Below are positions 9,277-18,211 of a DNA stretch of 61,740 bases, one piece after another. Position numbers and translations under genes: made by a program. Where the stretch lies: positions 1 through 61,740 of IMG/VR virus record IMGVR_UViG_3300029258_001356. One strand, written 5' to 3'. Under the pieces are notes generated by a model. The model saw only the letters and a program-made list of their open reading frames with translations, had not been told where the DNA came from and ran no database searches. The stretch comes from a virus (taxonomy: Duplodnaviria > Caudoviricetes). How positions within the stretch are numbered: position 1 is the stretch's first letter; each line of letters starts with the position of its first letter.

Positions 9277-11903
9277 AGAAAGTCCTTGGGGCTGGCAATA
9301 AGAAAAGCAAGATTGCTATCTTTGGATTAGCCCCTCATCCGAACGGAGCTGGTAAGACTGGAGTTCCGCTAACTTCTATTACTAACAAGAGACTATTTGA
9401 ACCAGAGCTTGAAAGAATTGGATTAAAGAGAGAAGACATCTATATTTCTAATGTTATAAAGAAACCACTTGATGACCCAGACATTGATGACGTTGACCTC
9501 TTGGGTCTCGGCAGAGAGATTCATAAATTGAAAGCAAAGATTATTGTTGGCCTTGGGAAAACAACTTGTCGTGCAATCTGTGATTGCTTTAAGAGAAAGA
9601 AAGTTAAGTTTGAGGAAAACACACTAGTTTATCTGGACAGCAAGCATTTATTATTACAAGTCTATCACCCAAGTTATCATGCAAGAAAAGGAACAAAGCT
9701 ATCATTGGAACATCTTAGATGGATTCTTAAAGAACAATGGGTCATGGTATATCCAAAGCTATGTACTCTCTATCTAAAGTTTAGAAACAAGAAGAAAGAA
9801 CTTCTTGAAATAAAGCTTCTTGGGTTTTATGTATTTGAGCATTACAGAGACCCTGATGGAGAAGCCAAGTCTATCTTTGGAGATAGATATAGAAGACAGA
9901 AAAGAGTCTCTTTCGATCCGGAGCAGTTTATTGTTCATCAGAGAGTTCTCCAACTTAAATATGAAAATTCTAAAATAGGATATTTAGATGTTGAAACCAT
10001 GTATCCATCTCAGCCAGATGTGTGTTCTATAATCACTGTGTTATATAAGAAAACATTCTATGTCTTCGCAAGAGGAAGAAAACCCAAGAAGTCAACATAT
10101 AATGGGTATAAAGTAATTATCAAACCAATCCAGAAATACAGAATGTTTATGGAGAAGATGAACTTCGATATTCTCGCAGGTTGGAATGTTAACTTCGATC
10201 GTGATAAAGTTCAAATTCATATGAGAAGAAAATTCAACATGCAATCATGTTACTTTTATGATATGATGCACTTCTATAAAAAGATTGTAAGAGAGTCTCG
10301 AGTTTGTTACAAGCTAAAATATATAGCATCATATGAACTAGGAACAACCAAAGATGACATAGACACATCAAAGGCAGATGAGGAATATAGAAGAGACCCA
10401 GAGAGAATGATTAAGTATAACATAAAAGATGTTCTTCTCCTTAAACTCCTTAATGACAAACTCACTCTAATCGAATTTGCTGGAGCAATAGCAGAATATG
10501 GAAACGTCAATCTTAGAAAAGTAGAGTGGAACTCTAGAATCATTGAGGCAATGTTTATAAGACAGACAGATCTCTATATCCCAAGAAGACAATTTGGTAA
10601 CGAAGAAGAAATGGATTCTTACCATTTCCGTAAGAAATTTATATCAACAGAAAGTAAGTTTGGTGGAGGATTTGTAATGATTCCGAAGCCTGGGATATAT
10701 GAAAACATTTGTGTCTTTGATATGAAGGCATTGTATCCAAGTATAATGCAGACACTTAACATGTCACCAGAAACATTACGAGTTAGGAGGAAAAGCCATC
10801 ATATACTAGCTCCTTCCGATCCAGACAATAGAAATGACTTAACAATAGAAGACATCGAAAAGTATAAGATAAAATTCTATGAAGATGTTCATTACACAAC
10901 AAAGACTCCTGGGATACTTGCAACACTAGCAAAGAAAACAACAGGAGAAAGAGAAAGACTTAGAAGTCAAATGTCTGGATATGTCAAGACAAAGAAAAAC
11001 AGAAGCTTATATATGAAACAATATGCTGTCAAAGTTCTAGCCAATTCCTTCTTTGGAGTAATGGGATTTGAACACTTCTTCCTCTATGATAAAAGAATAG
11101 CGCAAGGAATATGTGCTATGGGAAGAACCATAATTAAATTCCTTTCAAAGAAAGCAATGAAGCTTGGGTATCAGACAATATATACAGACACAGACTCAAA
11201 CTTTATTAAGATAGATGACGTCAAAGAAATTCCTAAAGTAGAAAAGATGCTTAATAAAAAGCTTAAGAAACTAGGAAAGATATGCAATACTCCGTGCAAT
11301 GCTCTTGAGACAAAATTCGAGAAAAGATATACAAGATTTCTCATAGTTAAGAAGAAGAAGTATGCTGGAATAATTGAAGGGAAAGAAGGAGATCCAGAAG
11401 TAAAAGGATTTGAATGCAAGAGGTCAGACCATTCTAAATACTCAAAAGAGATTCAAAAGAATATGATATTCGACATACTCAAAACAGGAAAGATAAAAAC
11501 AAAATACCCCACACATCCAAATGAACTGAAGGCTATTCCTCTTAGAGATTTAGCTGTTCCAAAGAAGCTAACAAAAGACTTAGATGACTACAGCAGAAAG
11601 AGTCCGCCGATTCATGTAAGAGCTGCTAGAAAGTCTGGGATTGAATTAAATAAGCATGACACTGTCTGGTATCTTAATTTATATGGCGGAGATGTTGTAG
11701 CAATCAACAACATGAACGACGAAGAAATAGATGCTCACAAGAACAAAGTCGATTATTATTATATGTTCAACAAGACAGTGATTCCAAAACTTAATCTCAT
11801 ACTCAATCTAATGGATATACATATCGAAGATGTCAAGATAAATAATTTCAAATCTGTAGTTGGAAATAAACTTCTGCAAGATTTCCTGGAGTTTTCAACA
11901 TGA
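9273..11903 (+). CDS. polB: Family B DNA polymerase with N-terminal uracil-DNA-glycosylase-like domain
   Basis: UDG family 4-like: GxGN...IFGLAP...TGVP...YISNVIK...VGLGKT...YHPSY. Exo motifs YLDVET, GWNVNFD, YNIKDV. Pol motifs DMKALYPS, KVLANSFFG, YTDTDS, KKKY. Confidence 0.93.
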   Translation: MKKVLGAGNKKSKIAIFGLAPHPNGAGKTGVPLTSITNKRLFEPELERIGLKREDIYISNVIKKPLDDPDIDDVDLLGLGREIHKLKAKIIVGLGKTTCRAICDCFKRKKVKFEENTLVYLDSKHLLLQVYHPSYHARKGTKLSLEHLRWILKEQWVMVYPKLCTLYLKFRNKKKELLEIKLLGFYVFEHYRDPDGEAKSIFGDRYRRQKRVSFDPEQFIVHQRVLQLKYENSKIGYLDVETMYPSQPDVCSIITVLYKKTFYVFARGRKPKKSTYNGYKVIIKPIQKYRMFMEKMNFDILAGWNVNFDRDKVQIHMRRKFNMQSCYFYDMMHFYKKIVRESRVCYKLKYIASYELGTTKDDIDTSKADEEYRRDPERMIKYNIKDVLLLKLLNDKLTLIEFAGAIAEYGNVNLRKVEWNSRIIEAMFIRQTDLYIPRRQFGNEEEMDSYHFRKKFISTESKFGGGFVMIPKPGIYENICVFDMKALYPSIMQTLNMSPETLRVRRKSHHILAPSDPDNRNDLTIEDIEKYKIKFYEDVHYTTKTPGILATLAKKTTGERERLRSQMSGYVKTKKNRSLYMKQYAVKVLANSFFGVMGFEHFFLYDKRIAQGICAMGRTIIKFLSKKAMKLGYQTIYTDTDSNFIKIDDVKEIPKVEKMLNKKLKKLGKICNTPCNALETKFEKRYTRFLIVKKKKYAGIIEGKEGDPEVKGFECKRSDHSKYSKEIQKNMIFDILKTGKIKTKYPTHPNELKAIPLRDLAVPKKLTKDLDDYSRKSPPIHVRAARKSGIELNKHDTVWYLNLYGGDVVAINNMNDEEIDAHKNKVDYYYMFNKTVIPKLNLILNLMDIHIEDVKINNFKSVVGNKLLQDFLEFST

Positions 11904-12883
11904 AGAAGCTAATCCCAAAATTACCAATAGAACTTGGATTTCCACGGAGAGTATATTGTGGAAGCAGAAAGTTTCTATATACTATGGTAAACAAGTATAA
12001 TAAGATAAAGAATGTCTACTTCTCCTTATACTCTTGTGGGAAAGATAGAGATTATGGAGAAGACACAAGATTCCGAAAGTTTAACATTCATATGATATAC
12101 TTTGACTTTGATGAAGCGTCAGCTTTCTTTGATGTCTGTAAGCTTCATGATTATTGTAAGTCAAAGAATATTAATCACACAATGGTTTTCAGCGGAGGAG
12201 GTTATCACTTCTACATATTTACAAAGAAAGGAAAGAAACTAAAGAACCCCAAGTCAGCATTAAGAAAATCCCAAGACTTCTTTTGCAAGATGCTTGGACT
12301 TAATCTTGACGAGCATGTGAGAGGAGACATTAAAAGAATCTCAAGAGTCCCAAACACATGGAATAAGAAGAGAAAGAGATACTGTATACCAATCTCAGAA
12401 GAAGACTTAAAGGAAGGAGAAGCATTCATAAAAAAGAAAGCTTCCAAGCAACACTTCCAATTCTATTTTTATGGGAATGACTTTTTTGACATATCCAAAT
12501 ATGACACTGGGGAAAGAGGGGACAGACTCGAATTTCCAGAAGTCGAAAAGAAGCTGAAGATAAAGATCAAAGGGGATGAGGTTCTAAAGAGCCTACCTCT
12601 TTGTATCTCTTCACTTCTTGCTCGTGGAAATCCCGGGTGGCGTGAAAGATATCTCATAATATCATATCTCAGAGATAGCGGATATATACAAAGCGAAGTA
12701 GTGGAGATCCTACAGAAATTTTTGACTAAAGCAAAATTCAACCATTGTGTCTATGAAGAAGAACAAGTTAAGTATTTATTTAGAAGATCTGAACTGTTCT
12801 TCCCTTCTTGTATCGCAATGAGAAATGAAGGGAGATGTCCTAAGAAGAAGAAATGTAAACACAAGGACAAACTATATGCATAA
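11900..12883 (+). CDS. Archaeo-eukaryotic primase, PriS catalytic domain fused to PriL-like C-terminal domain
   Basis: YFDFD, FSGGGYH, DIKRISRVPNT; C-terminal LPLCI...PSC...CP...C cysteine pattern. Confidence 0.85.
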   Translation: MKKLIPKLPIELGFPRRVYCGSRKFLYTMVNKYNKIKNVYFSLYSCGKDRDYGEDTRFRKFNIHMIYFDFDEASAFFDVCKLHDYCKSKNINHTMVFSGGGYHFYIFTKKGKKLKNPKSALRKSQDFFCKMLGLNLDEHVRGDIKRISRVPNTWNKKRKRYCIPISEEDLKEGEAFIKKKASKQHFQFYFYGNDFFDISKYDTGERGDRLEFPEVEKKLKIKIKGDEVLKSLPLCISSLLARGNPGWRERYLIISYLRDSGYIQSEVVEILQKFLTKAKFNHCVYEEEQVKYLFRRSELFFPSCIAMRNEGRCPKKKKCKHKDKLYA

Positions 12884-12961
12884 TGAAGAAAGACAAATTT
12901 GTAGTTAAAGTGAAAGAGAAGACACCAGGTATGAATAGACATCTGGAGGAGTGGATACCAA

Positions 12962-13303
12962 ATGGAAAAGAAAAAAAGAAGACTGAAGAATCCTAAGCGA
13001 AAGGGAATAGTATTTGAAAGAAAGACTAGAAAAGTATTAGAAGCACAGGGATTCTTTTGTGTAAGACAAGCAGCGTCTATCTTTCCAGACATAGTAGCAA
13101 TAGCCCCAAAGACTGGTGAAGTTCATTTTATAGAATGCAAGGTTAAGGCTAAATATTTTTCAAGAAGAGAAAGAGAATACCTTCTTGAGATGCAGAAAAA
13201 ATACAACGTCAAACCATTTCTTGCATATAAGAAAAGAGAAGGAAGATATGTCAATGTTCAGATTGACCCAGTTGTTCCATTAGTAAAAGAAAAAGAAAAA
13301 TGA
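12962..13303 (+). CDS. hjc: Archaeal-type Holliday junction resolvase
   Basis: KGIVFER...GFFCVRQAAS..PDIVA...IECK PD-(D/E)xK signature. Confidence 0.88.
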   Translation: MEKKKRRLKNPKRKGIVFERKTRKVLEAQGFFCVRQAASIFPDIVAIAPKTGEVHFIECKVKAKYFSRREREYLLEMQKKYNVKPFLAYKKREGRYVNVQIDPVVPLVKEKEK

Positions 13304-14286
13304 AAAAAATATTGTTAGTTGATGCCGATTCAAAGATACCGAACATAGCATTGATGAAGTTATCGACATATTGGAAGAAGCATGGATATAAAATAGACTT
13401 CATGAAGCTAGGTTTATCCTTTTACAAAGATACCAAGAATCCAATAATTGTTGATGCTAAAGGATACAGGAAAGTCTTTGTCTCTATTGTATTTGACAAC
13501 AACCGCAATTCTGTAAAAGTAATTAATGCTAAGGGTCAAGTTAGATTTGGTGGAGCAGGGTATAATATCAAGTCCAAACTCCCAAAACGAATTGATGCAA
13601 TAGCCGAAGACTATTCTCTATATCCAGACAATGACATATCCTATGGATTCATAACAAGAGGATGTGTTAAGAATTGTGACTTCTGTATAGTAAGACAGAA
13701 AGAAGGACGATTGAAAAGATATAGAAAGATTGAAGACATACAGAAGCATGAGAAAGTATATTTCTTAGATAATAATATACTTGCCTATTCAAAATGTAAT
13801 GACGTCTTGAGAGAACTGATTGATAAGAAAATCAAATGCCGGTTCATACAAGGATTAGACATTGCGTTTATAGATAATGAGAAAGCTAAATTACTTTCTG
13901 AGTTAAGATATGACATGTCTTACATCTTTGCTTTTGATAATATCAAAGACCTAAAGATGATAAAAAGGAAGCTAAAGATTCTGAGAAAATATCTTGGAGA
14001 TTGGAAAATAAAATTCTTCTTATACTGTCATCCGAGAATGAGTCTCAAGAAAGATATAATGTTTAGAATTAATTTCTGTAGAGAAAATAAAATTCTTCCT
14101 TATATCATGAGAGACAAAGCTTGTTACAAATCTGAGTATGACTTTTTCTTTAAAGACATAGCAGCTTGGTGCAATCAACCATCTCTATTCAAGAAGAAGT
14201 CATTTCTACAATTTCTTAAGATGAGACATAAGAATCCGAAAAGAATAAAATATTCAAAAGGAGTTTATGATGAAATACAGAATTAA
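13300..14286 (+). CDS. Radical SAM protein
   Basis: TRGCVKNCDFC (CxxxCxxC), FLDNN, QGLD; N-terminal LVDADSKIPNIALMK. Confidence 0.85.
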   Translation: MKKILLVDADSKIPNIALMKLSTYWKKHGYKIDFMKLGLSFYKDTKNPIIVDAKGYRKVFVSIVFDNNRNSVKVINAKGQVRFGGAGYNIKSKLPKRIDAIAEDYSLYPDNDISYGFITRGCVKNCDFCIVRQKEGRLKRYRKIEDIQKHEKVYFLDNNILAYSKCNDVLRELIDKKIKCRFIQGLDIAFIDNEKAKLLSELRYDMSYIFAFDNIKDLKMIKRKLKILRKYLGDWKIKFFLYCHPRMSLKKDIMFRINFCRENKILPYIMRDKACYKSEYDFFFKDIAAWCNQPSLFKKKSFLQFLKMRHKNPKRIKYSKGVYDEIQN

Positions 14287-15661
14287 GTTGCTCAATGGTA
14301 ATCTATGTCAATTAGATTCCCCCAGAGATACGTCTATCATGGATGCTTTAGACAATGGTCTTTCCTATAAGAAGAAGAATGCCTTCTTCATGCAGAGAGC
14401 CATTAAAAGAAGGTTTGGTAGATCCTGGGATGGTAGGGTTAAGCTCTTTAGTAAGGCTACTAGATGCTTTCAAGTTGGAATGTTAGCAAGGGCAATAGAT
14501 TCCATAAAAGAATATGATTCAAAGGCAGATATAGAAATACAGCGATATGGAAATAGGGGTCTGTCCGCAGATATAGATTTACCAACTAAACTATTAACTA
14601 AAACACTTAGACCCTATCAAAAGAATGCCGTCGACACTGCACTCAAAGAAAAAATTGGAATACTTGAAATAGCAACCGGAGGAGGAAAGACTTTGATAGC
14701 CTCCGAGATAATACGAAAAATAGGACTATCTACTCTCTTTATTGTCGATAGAAAAGAACTTCTTACACAGACAAGGAAAGTCTTTAAAAAAGAACTTGGA
14801 GTTCGTGTAGGAATAATCGGAGATGGAGAGATGAAGATTGAACCTATAACTGTTGCAACAATACAAACGTTGGATAAGAAAAAGAAGGCATTGAAACAAT
14901 ATCTTCAACGAGTTAATGTATTAATATTAGATGAGACACACAAGGCAGCAGCAAAGACATACTCAAAGATTTGTAAGATGTGCAAAAGCACTAGATATCG
15001 GATAGGGCTAACAGGAACAGCATTTAGAGACGATGGAGATGATATGCTTATCGAGGCATGTGTTGGACAGGTAATATACCGGTTAACTAATAGGGATTTA
15101 ACTGAAATGGAGTATCTTGAGGAGCCGACAATAACCTTCCATACCATAGACTTTATGGAAGACTTAGTTATGACATATCCAGAAGACTATGAGATGAATG
15201 TTGTTTTAAACCTAAAGAGAAACTTATATGTAACAGCAATAGCCAATGAGAATAAGAAGAAGAAGATTTTGATTCTCACCAAGAGAATTGAACATGCTAA
15301 AATCCTAAAGAAAAGTATTGTAAGAAAAAATGTTGAAATCATTACAGGGAAAGTTAATAAGACAGATAGAAGATTGATTATGGAGAAGTTCCTTAAGAAG
15401 AAAGACTTTGTGCTTATAGGAACCTTGTCCATATTCTCTGAAGGAATTGACATTCCCGATCTCGATGTACTAATCAATGCGTCGGGGAATGCAGGAGAGG
15501 TGAAGACAATTCAAGCCTTAGGAAGGCTCCTGAGGAAGGATGATAAGAAGGTAAGTTGCTTCTATCATGACTTCGTAGACTCAGGACCTTTCATAAGAAA
15601 ACATTCAGACTGGAGGATAAAAGCCTTCGAGAATCTGGGGTACAAAGTCAGTGTAAAATAA
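14267..15661 (+). CDS. Superfamily 2 helicase (XPB/UvsW-like)
   Basis: LRPYQ, ATGGGKT, DETH, GLTGT, EGIDIP, QALGRLLR. Confidence 0.92.
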   Translation: MMKYRIKLLNGNLCQLDSPRDTSIMDALDNGLSYKKKNAFFMQRAIKRRFGRSWDGRVKLFSKATRCFQVGMLARAIDSIKEYDSKADIEIQRYGNRGLSADIDLPTKLLTKTLRPYQKNAVDTALKEKIGILEIATGGGKTLIASEIIRKIGLSTLFIVDRKELLTQTRKVFKKELGVRVGIIGDGEMKIEPITVATIQTLDKKKKALKQYLQRVNVLILDETHKAAAKTYSKICKMCKSTRYRIGLTGTAFRDDGDDMLIEACVGQVIYRLTNRDLTEMEYLEEPTITFHTIDFMEDLVMTYPEDYEMNVVLNLKRNLYVTAIANENKKKKILILTKRIEHAKILKKSIVRKNVEIITGKVNKTDRRLIMEKFLKKKDFVLIGTLSIFSEGIDIPDLDVLINASGNAGEVKTIQALGRLLRKDDKKVSCFYHDFVDSGPFIRKHSDWRIKAFENLGYKVSVK

Positions 15662-15663
15662 GC

Positions 15664-15705
15664 CCAAAATGGAGCCATTTTGGCAAAAGGACAGCAAAAT
15701 GGCTC
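15664..15705. repeat. Nested inverted repeats upstream of a promoter
   Basis: CCAAAATGG-ag-CCATTTTGG (15664-15683) and GAGCCATTTTG/CAAAATGGCTC (15672-15682, 15695-15705). Confidence 0.7.
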
Positions 15706-15764
15706 TAGAATGGCAAATAGGCTCAGATTTAAGCTTATTAACCTATCTACTCCAGTAGACATAT

Positions 15765-15774
15765 GTATATAAAC
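15765..15774 (+). promoter_or_regulatory. TATA-type promoter for the small early gene cluster
   Basis: GTATATAAAC, same core as the other promoters. Confidence 0.6.
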
Positions 15775-15849
15775 CCTTTTTACATATTATTTACATACAA
15801 TGGGCATCCGGTAAACCAACACCGGACGCGACGATCGGAGGTGACTAAC

Positions 15850-16263
15850 ATCGCAGTAGAAGTGAAGAAGGGCGGACCTTGCCCACTCTCCTACACGGAG
15901 TTCAAGTGTGAAGGGAAGCTCAAATACGACGAAAAGACCAAGACCCTTTATTGCCCCAAATGTTTTTGGGAAGAAGGGCAGGAGAACAAAATGGGAAAGA
16001 AAGGCGGAAGCCCAAGTAAGTACGACGATGACCTCAAATCAGAAGTCATCAAAAAAGTACAAGCGGGAAAGACACCGGAGGAAGTCTCTGAAGAATACAA
16101 GGGACATCCAAACCCCAAAGCCATCAAGCGATGGTGCAAGAAGAAGGGCGTAAAGATACCGGAGTCTAAGAAGACGAAGAAGAAGTCGAAGAAGGACGAG
16201 AAGAAGAAGCCCAAGAGAGACAAGAAGAAGGGTAAGAAGAAAGGAAAGAAAGGGAAGAAGTAA
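15850..16263 (+). CDS. Zn-ribbon + HTH + Lys-rich tail protein (internal start at 15991 likely)
   Basis: CP...C...CPKC, then SKYDDDLK...HTH...KKxKK. GGAGGTGA precedes ATC at 15850 and AGGAG precedes ATG at 15991. Confidence 0.6.
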   Translation: MAVEVKKGGPCPLSYTEFKCEGKLKYDEKTKTLYCPKCFWEEGQENKMGKKGGSPSKYDDDLKSEVIKKVQAGKTPEEVSEEYKGHPNPKAIKRWCKKKGVKIPESKKTKKKSKKDEKKKPKRDKKKGKKKGKKGKK

Positions 16264-16421
16264 TCTTCCCTCGTCTTAGCCACGGAGGACGAAAAAATGG
16301 GACGCATTGGACGAATAAGTAAATACGACGTCGAAATTGCAACAGACGATGAGCTTGCACTTGCTGTAACTATGATCAACATCGAAATAAGCAAGAGAGA
16401 AGCGAAAGAGGAGGGCTGAAC

Positions 16422-16613
16422 ATGAAATGTTGTATATGCGGAGATGAGATTCAGCCAAAAGGACCTAAGGGAACTTGGACATCTGGAAACAATGCCATGC
16501 CAGTAAAAAAAGGAAGGTGTTGCGACAATTGTGACGAGAGGATTGTCATACCAGAAAGAATAAGGAGAAGGAAGGAGGAACAGAAGAATGGGACAGTTCA
16601 CAATAATTCCTAA
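16422..16613 (+). CDS. Small Zn-finger protein
   Basis: CCICG...CCDNC; GGAGG RBS. Confidence 0.65.
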   Translation: MKCCICGDEIQPKGPKGTWTSGNNAMPVKKGRCCDNCDERIVIPERIRRRKEEQKNGTVHNNS

Positions 16614-16751
16614 CCCTTACAAAGACGTACCACTAGCAGACGTATCATGCGCTGGTTGTGGAAAGCCGATTCATAACACCGATGATGTATATATGATACC
16701 GGGTGCAGGAACCTATCATCAAAGGTGCAAACCACATTAGGAGGAACGAAA

Positions 16752-17036
16752 ATGGGAGACGAGAAGAAAGAGAAGAAAGAAAAAAAGAAGAAGTCCAAGG
16801 AGAAGAGATACAAGGTCACAATCCTTCCCTCTGAACTTGAGACTATAGGCGTAACCGAGAAAGACCCAAAGAACAGCGTAGTAAGTAACGCAGCAAGGGA
16901 AAAGCTGGGGCTACCAGAGCTTGGAAGACCAGTCTCGGAAACTAAGAGCGAAGTTCTTAAGGAACTAGGTCTTGGTGCAAAAGCATCACAGACAGAAATG
17001 ATGTCAGCGATGTTAAAGAAATTGAAGGGGAACTAA
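16752..17036 (+). CDS. Hypothetical protein, Lys-rich N-terminus
   Basis: AGGAGG RBS before ATG (MGDEKKEKK). Confidence 0.6.
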   Translation: MGDEKKEKKEKKKKSKEKRYKVTILPSELETIGVTEKDPKNSVVSNAAREKLGLPELGRPVSETKSEVLKELGLGAKASQTEMMSAMLKKLKGN

Positions 17037-17064
17037 TCCCCTTCCCTTTCTTGCCACGGAGGAT

Positions 17065-17427
17065 ATGATGAAAAACAAGAACAAGGAAACAGTCAAGTTA
17101 GCCGAAGAGTTCTTAAAGGTTAAAGCATTGGCTGAGAAGCTGCAAGATCCTAGAGTCACAGGAGTCAACCTGAAGAAATGGGGACTCAATCCTAATTCAC
17201 CACTAGTAGACAAATTCATAGAACTCCATAAAGACAAGTACGACCTTGTCGGAGATTTCATAAACAAGACGACACCAGAGGAGACAGATCGAAGAAGATT
17301 AAAATACATCAAGAGAAAACTCATAGCAATTGACAAAGAGATAGAGTCAAAGAAAAATGAAAGATTTGAAATTCAAAAACGAGCACACGAGCTAGAAGAA
17401 AAAATAGGAAACAATGAAAACTCATAA
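17065..17427 (+). CDS. Hypothetical coiled-coil protein
   Basis: GGAGG RBS, C-terminal heptads. Confidence 0.6.
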   Translation: MMKNKNKETVKLAEEFLKVKALAEKLQDPRVTGVNLKKWGLNPNSPLVDKFIELHKDKYDLVGDFINKTTPEETDRRRLKYIKRKLIAIDKEIESKKNERFEIQKRAHELEEKIGNNENS

Positions 17428-17761
17428 GAAGCACATAGAAAAAGTATTCCTACCAGCTATCAAACAAGTCATATATGATATTTACAAAGAGAACAAACTC
17501 CTAGACAAAATTAAGAAGGACTGGGAGCCATACAAACTTCCATATCAACGAGGGACCAGGAGAGAAGAGTATATAGATAAGGCAGCAACAGACTTTGACC
17601 TATTCCCTTTCGACATAGAACAAGGACTTAATGCTTTTCAACAAAAGAGGCTTGAGATGAAGAACAGACGGAGGTTGAAAAATGCCAAAAGGAAAGAAAA
17701 ACGTAAAGCCAATAAAAAGACGCAAAGGAAGACCAACGAACGGACAGAAGATAATGTCTGA
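17414..17761 (+). CDS. Hypothetical protein
   Basis: Overlap-coupled ORF on the coding strand. Confidence 0.55.
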   Translation: MKTHKKHIEKVFLPAIKQVIYDIYKENKLLDKIKKDWEPYKLPYQRGTRREEYIDKAATDFDLFPFDIEQGLNAFQQKRLEMKNRRRLKNAKRKEKRKANKKTQRKTNERTEDNV

Positions 17762-17890
17762 TCTGAGGGATCTAAAGAAGAAGAGAATAGCCGAAGCGAC
17801 AAAAGAAATTGCAGTGATAGCAAAGAAATACGAACTGACAGAGATTGAGCTAAGTGATATGGTTATAGATATAGCCGCGGAGTCTGCACA

Positions 17891-18094
17891 ATGAATGACG
17901 GAAAGGATAAGAAGAAAGTTGTCTTCAAGAATACAAACCCAGACAGATATAAAGTAGCTTTGACACAGACGGCAAAAGGATTTGTCTACATTGACAAAGC
18001 AGAAGCTTGTGGGTCAGACCTCAAAGAACTTGAAGACCAACTTGAAAAGGTTGTAGACATTGCAATCAAAGTCTGCAACAAACATAACGCATAA
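17891..18094 (+). CDS. Hypothetical protein
   Basis: ATGA coupling with the upstream ORF. Confidence 0.55.
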   Translation: MNDGKDKKKVVFKNTNPDRYKVALTQTAKGFVYIDKAEACGSDLKELEDQLEKVVDIAIKVCNKHNA

Positions 18095-18100
18095 ACGAGA

Positions 18101-18113
18101 AAAGTATATAAAT
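18101..18113 (+). promoter_or_regulatory. BRE/TATA promoter driving the ncRNA cluster
   Basis: AAAGTATATAAAT about 28 nt upstream of the first structured RNA. Confidence 0.7.
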
Positions 18114-18141
18114 CTTTTTTCTTTTCTTTTTATATACAATA

Positions 18142-18206
18142 AGGAGAAAGGTTTTTGAGGGAAGAGGCGAGGATTCGTTCCTCAACCCGACTCTCGGAAC
18201 CCTCCT
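18142..18206 (+). ncRNA. Structured small RNA (multi-stem)
   Basis: Closing stems AGGAG/CTCCT and GGTT/AACC; inner stems TTGAGG/CCTCAA and CCGA/TCGG. Confidence 0.45.
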
Positions 18207-18211
18207 GATTT

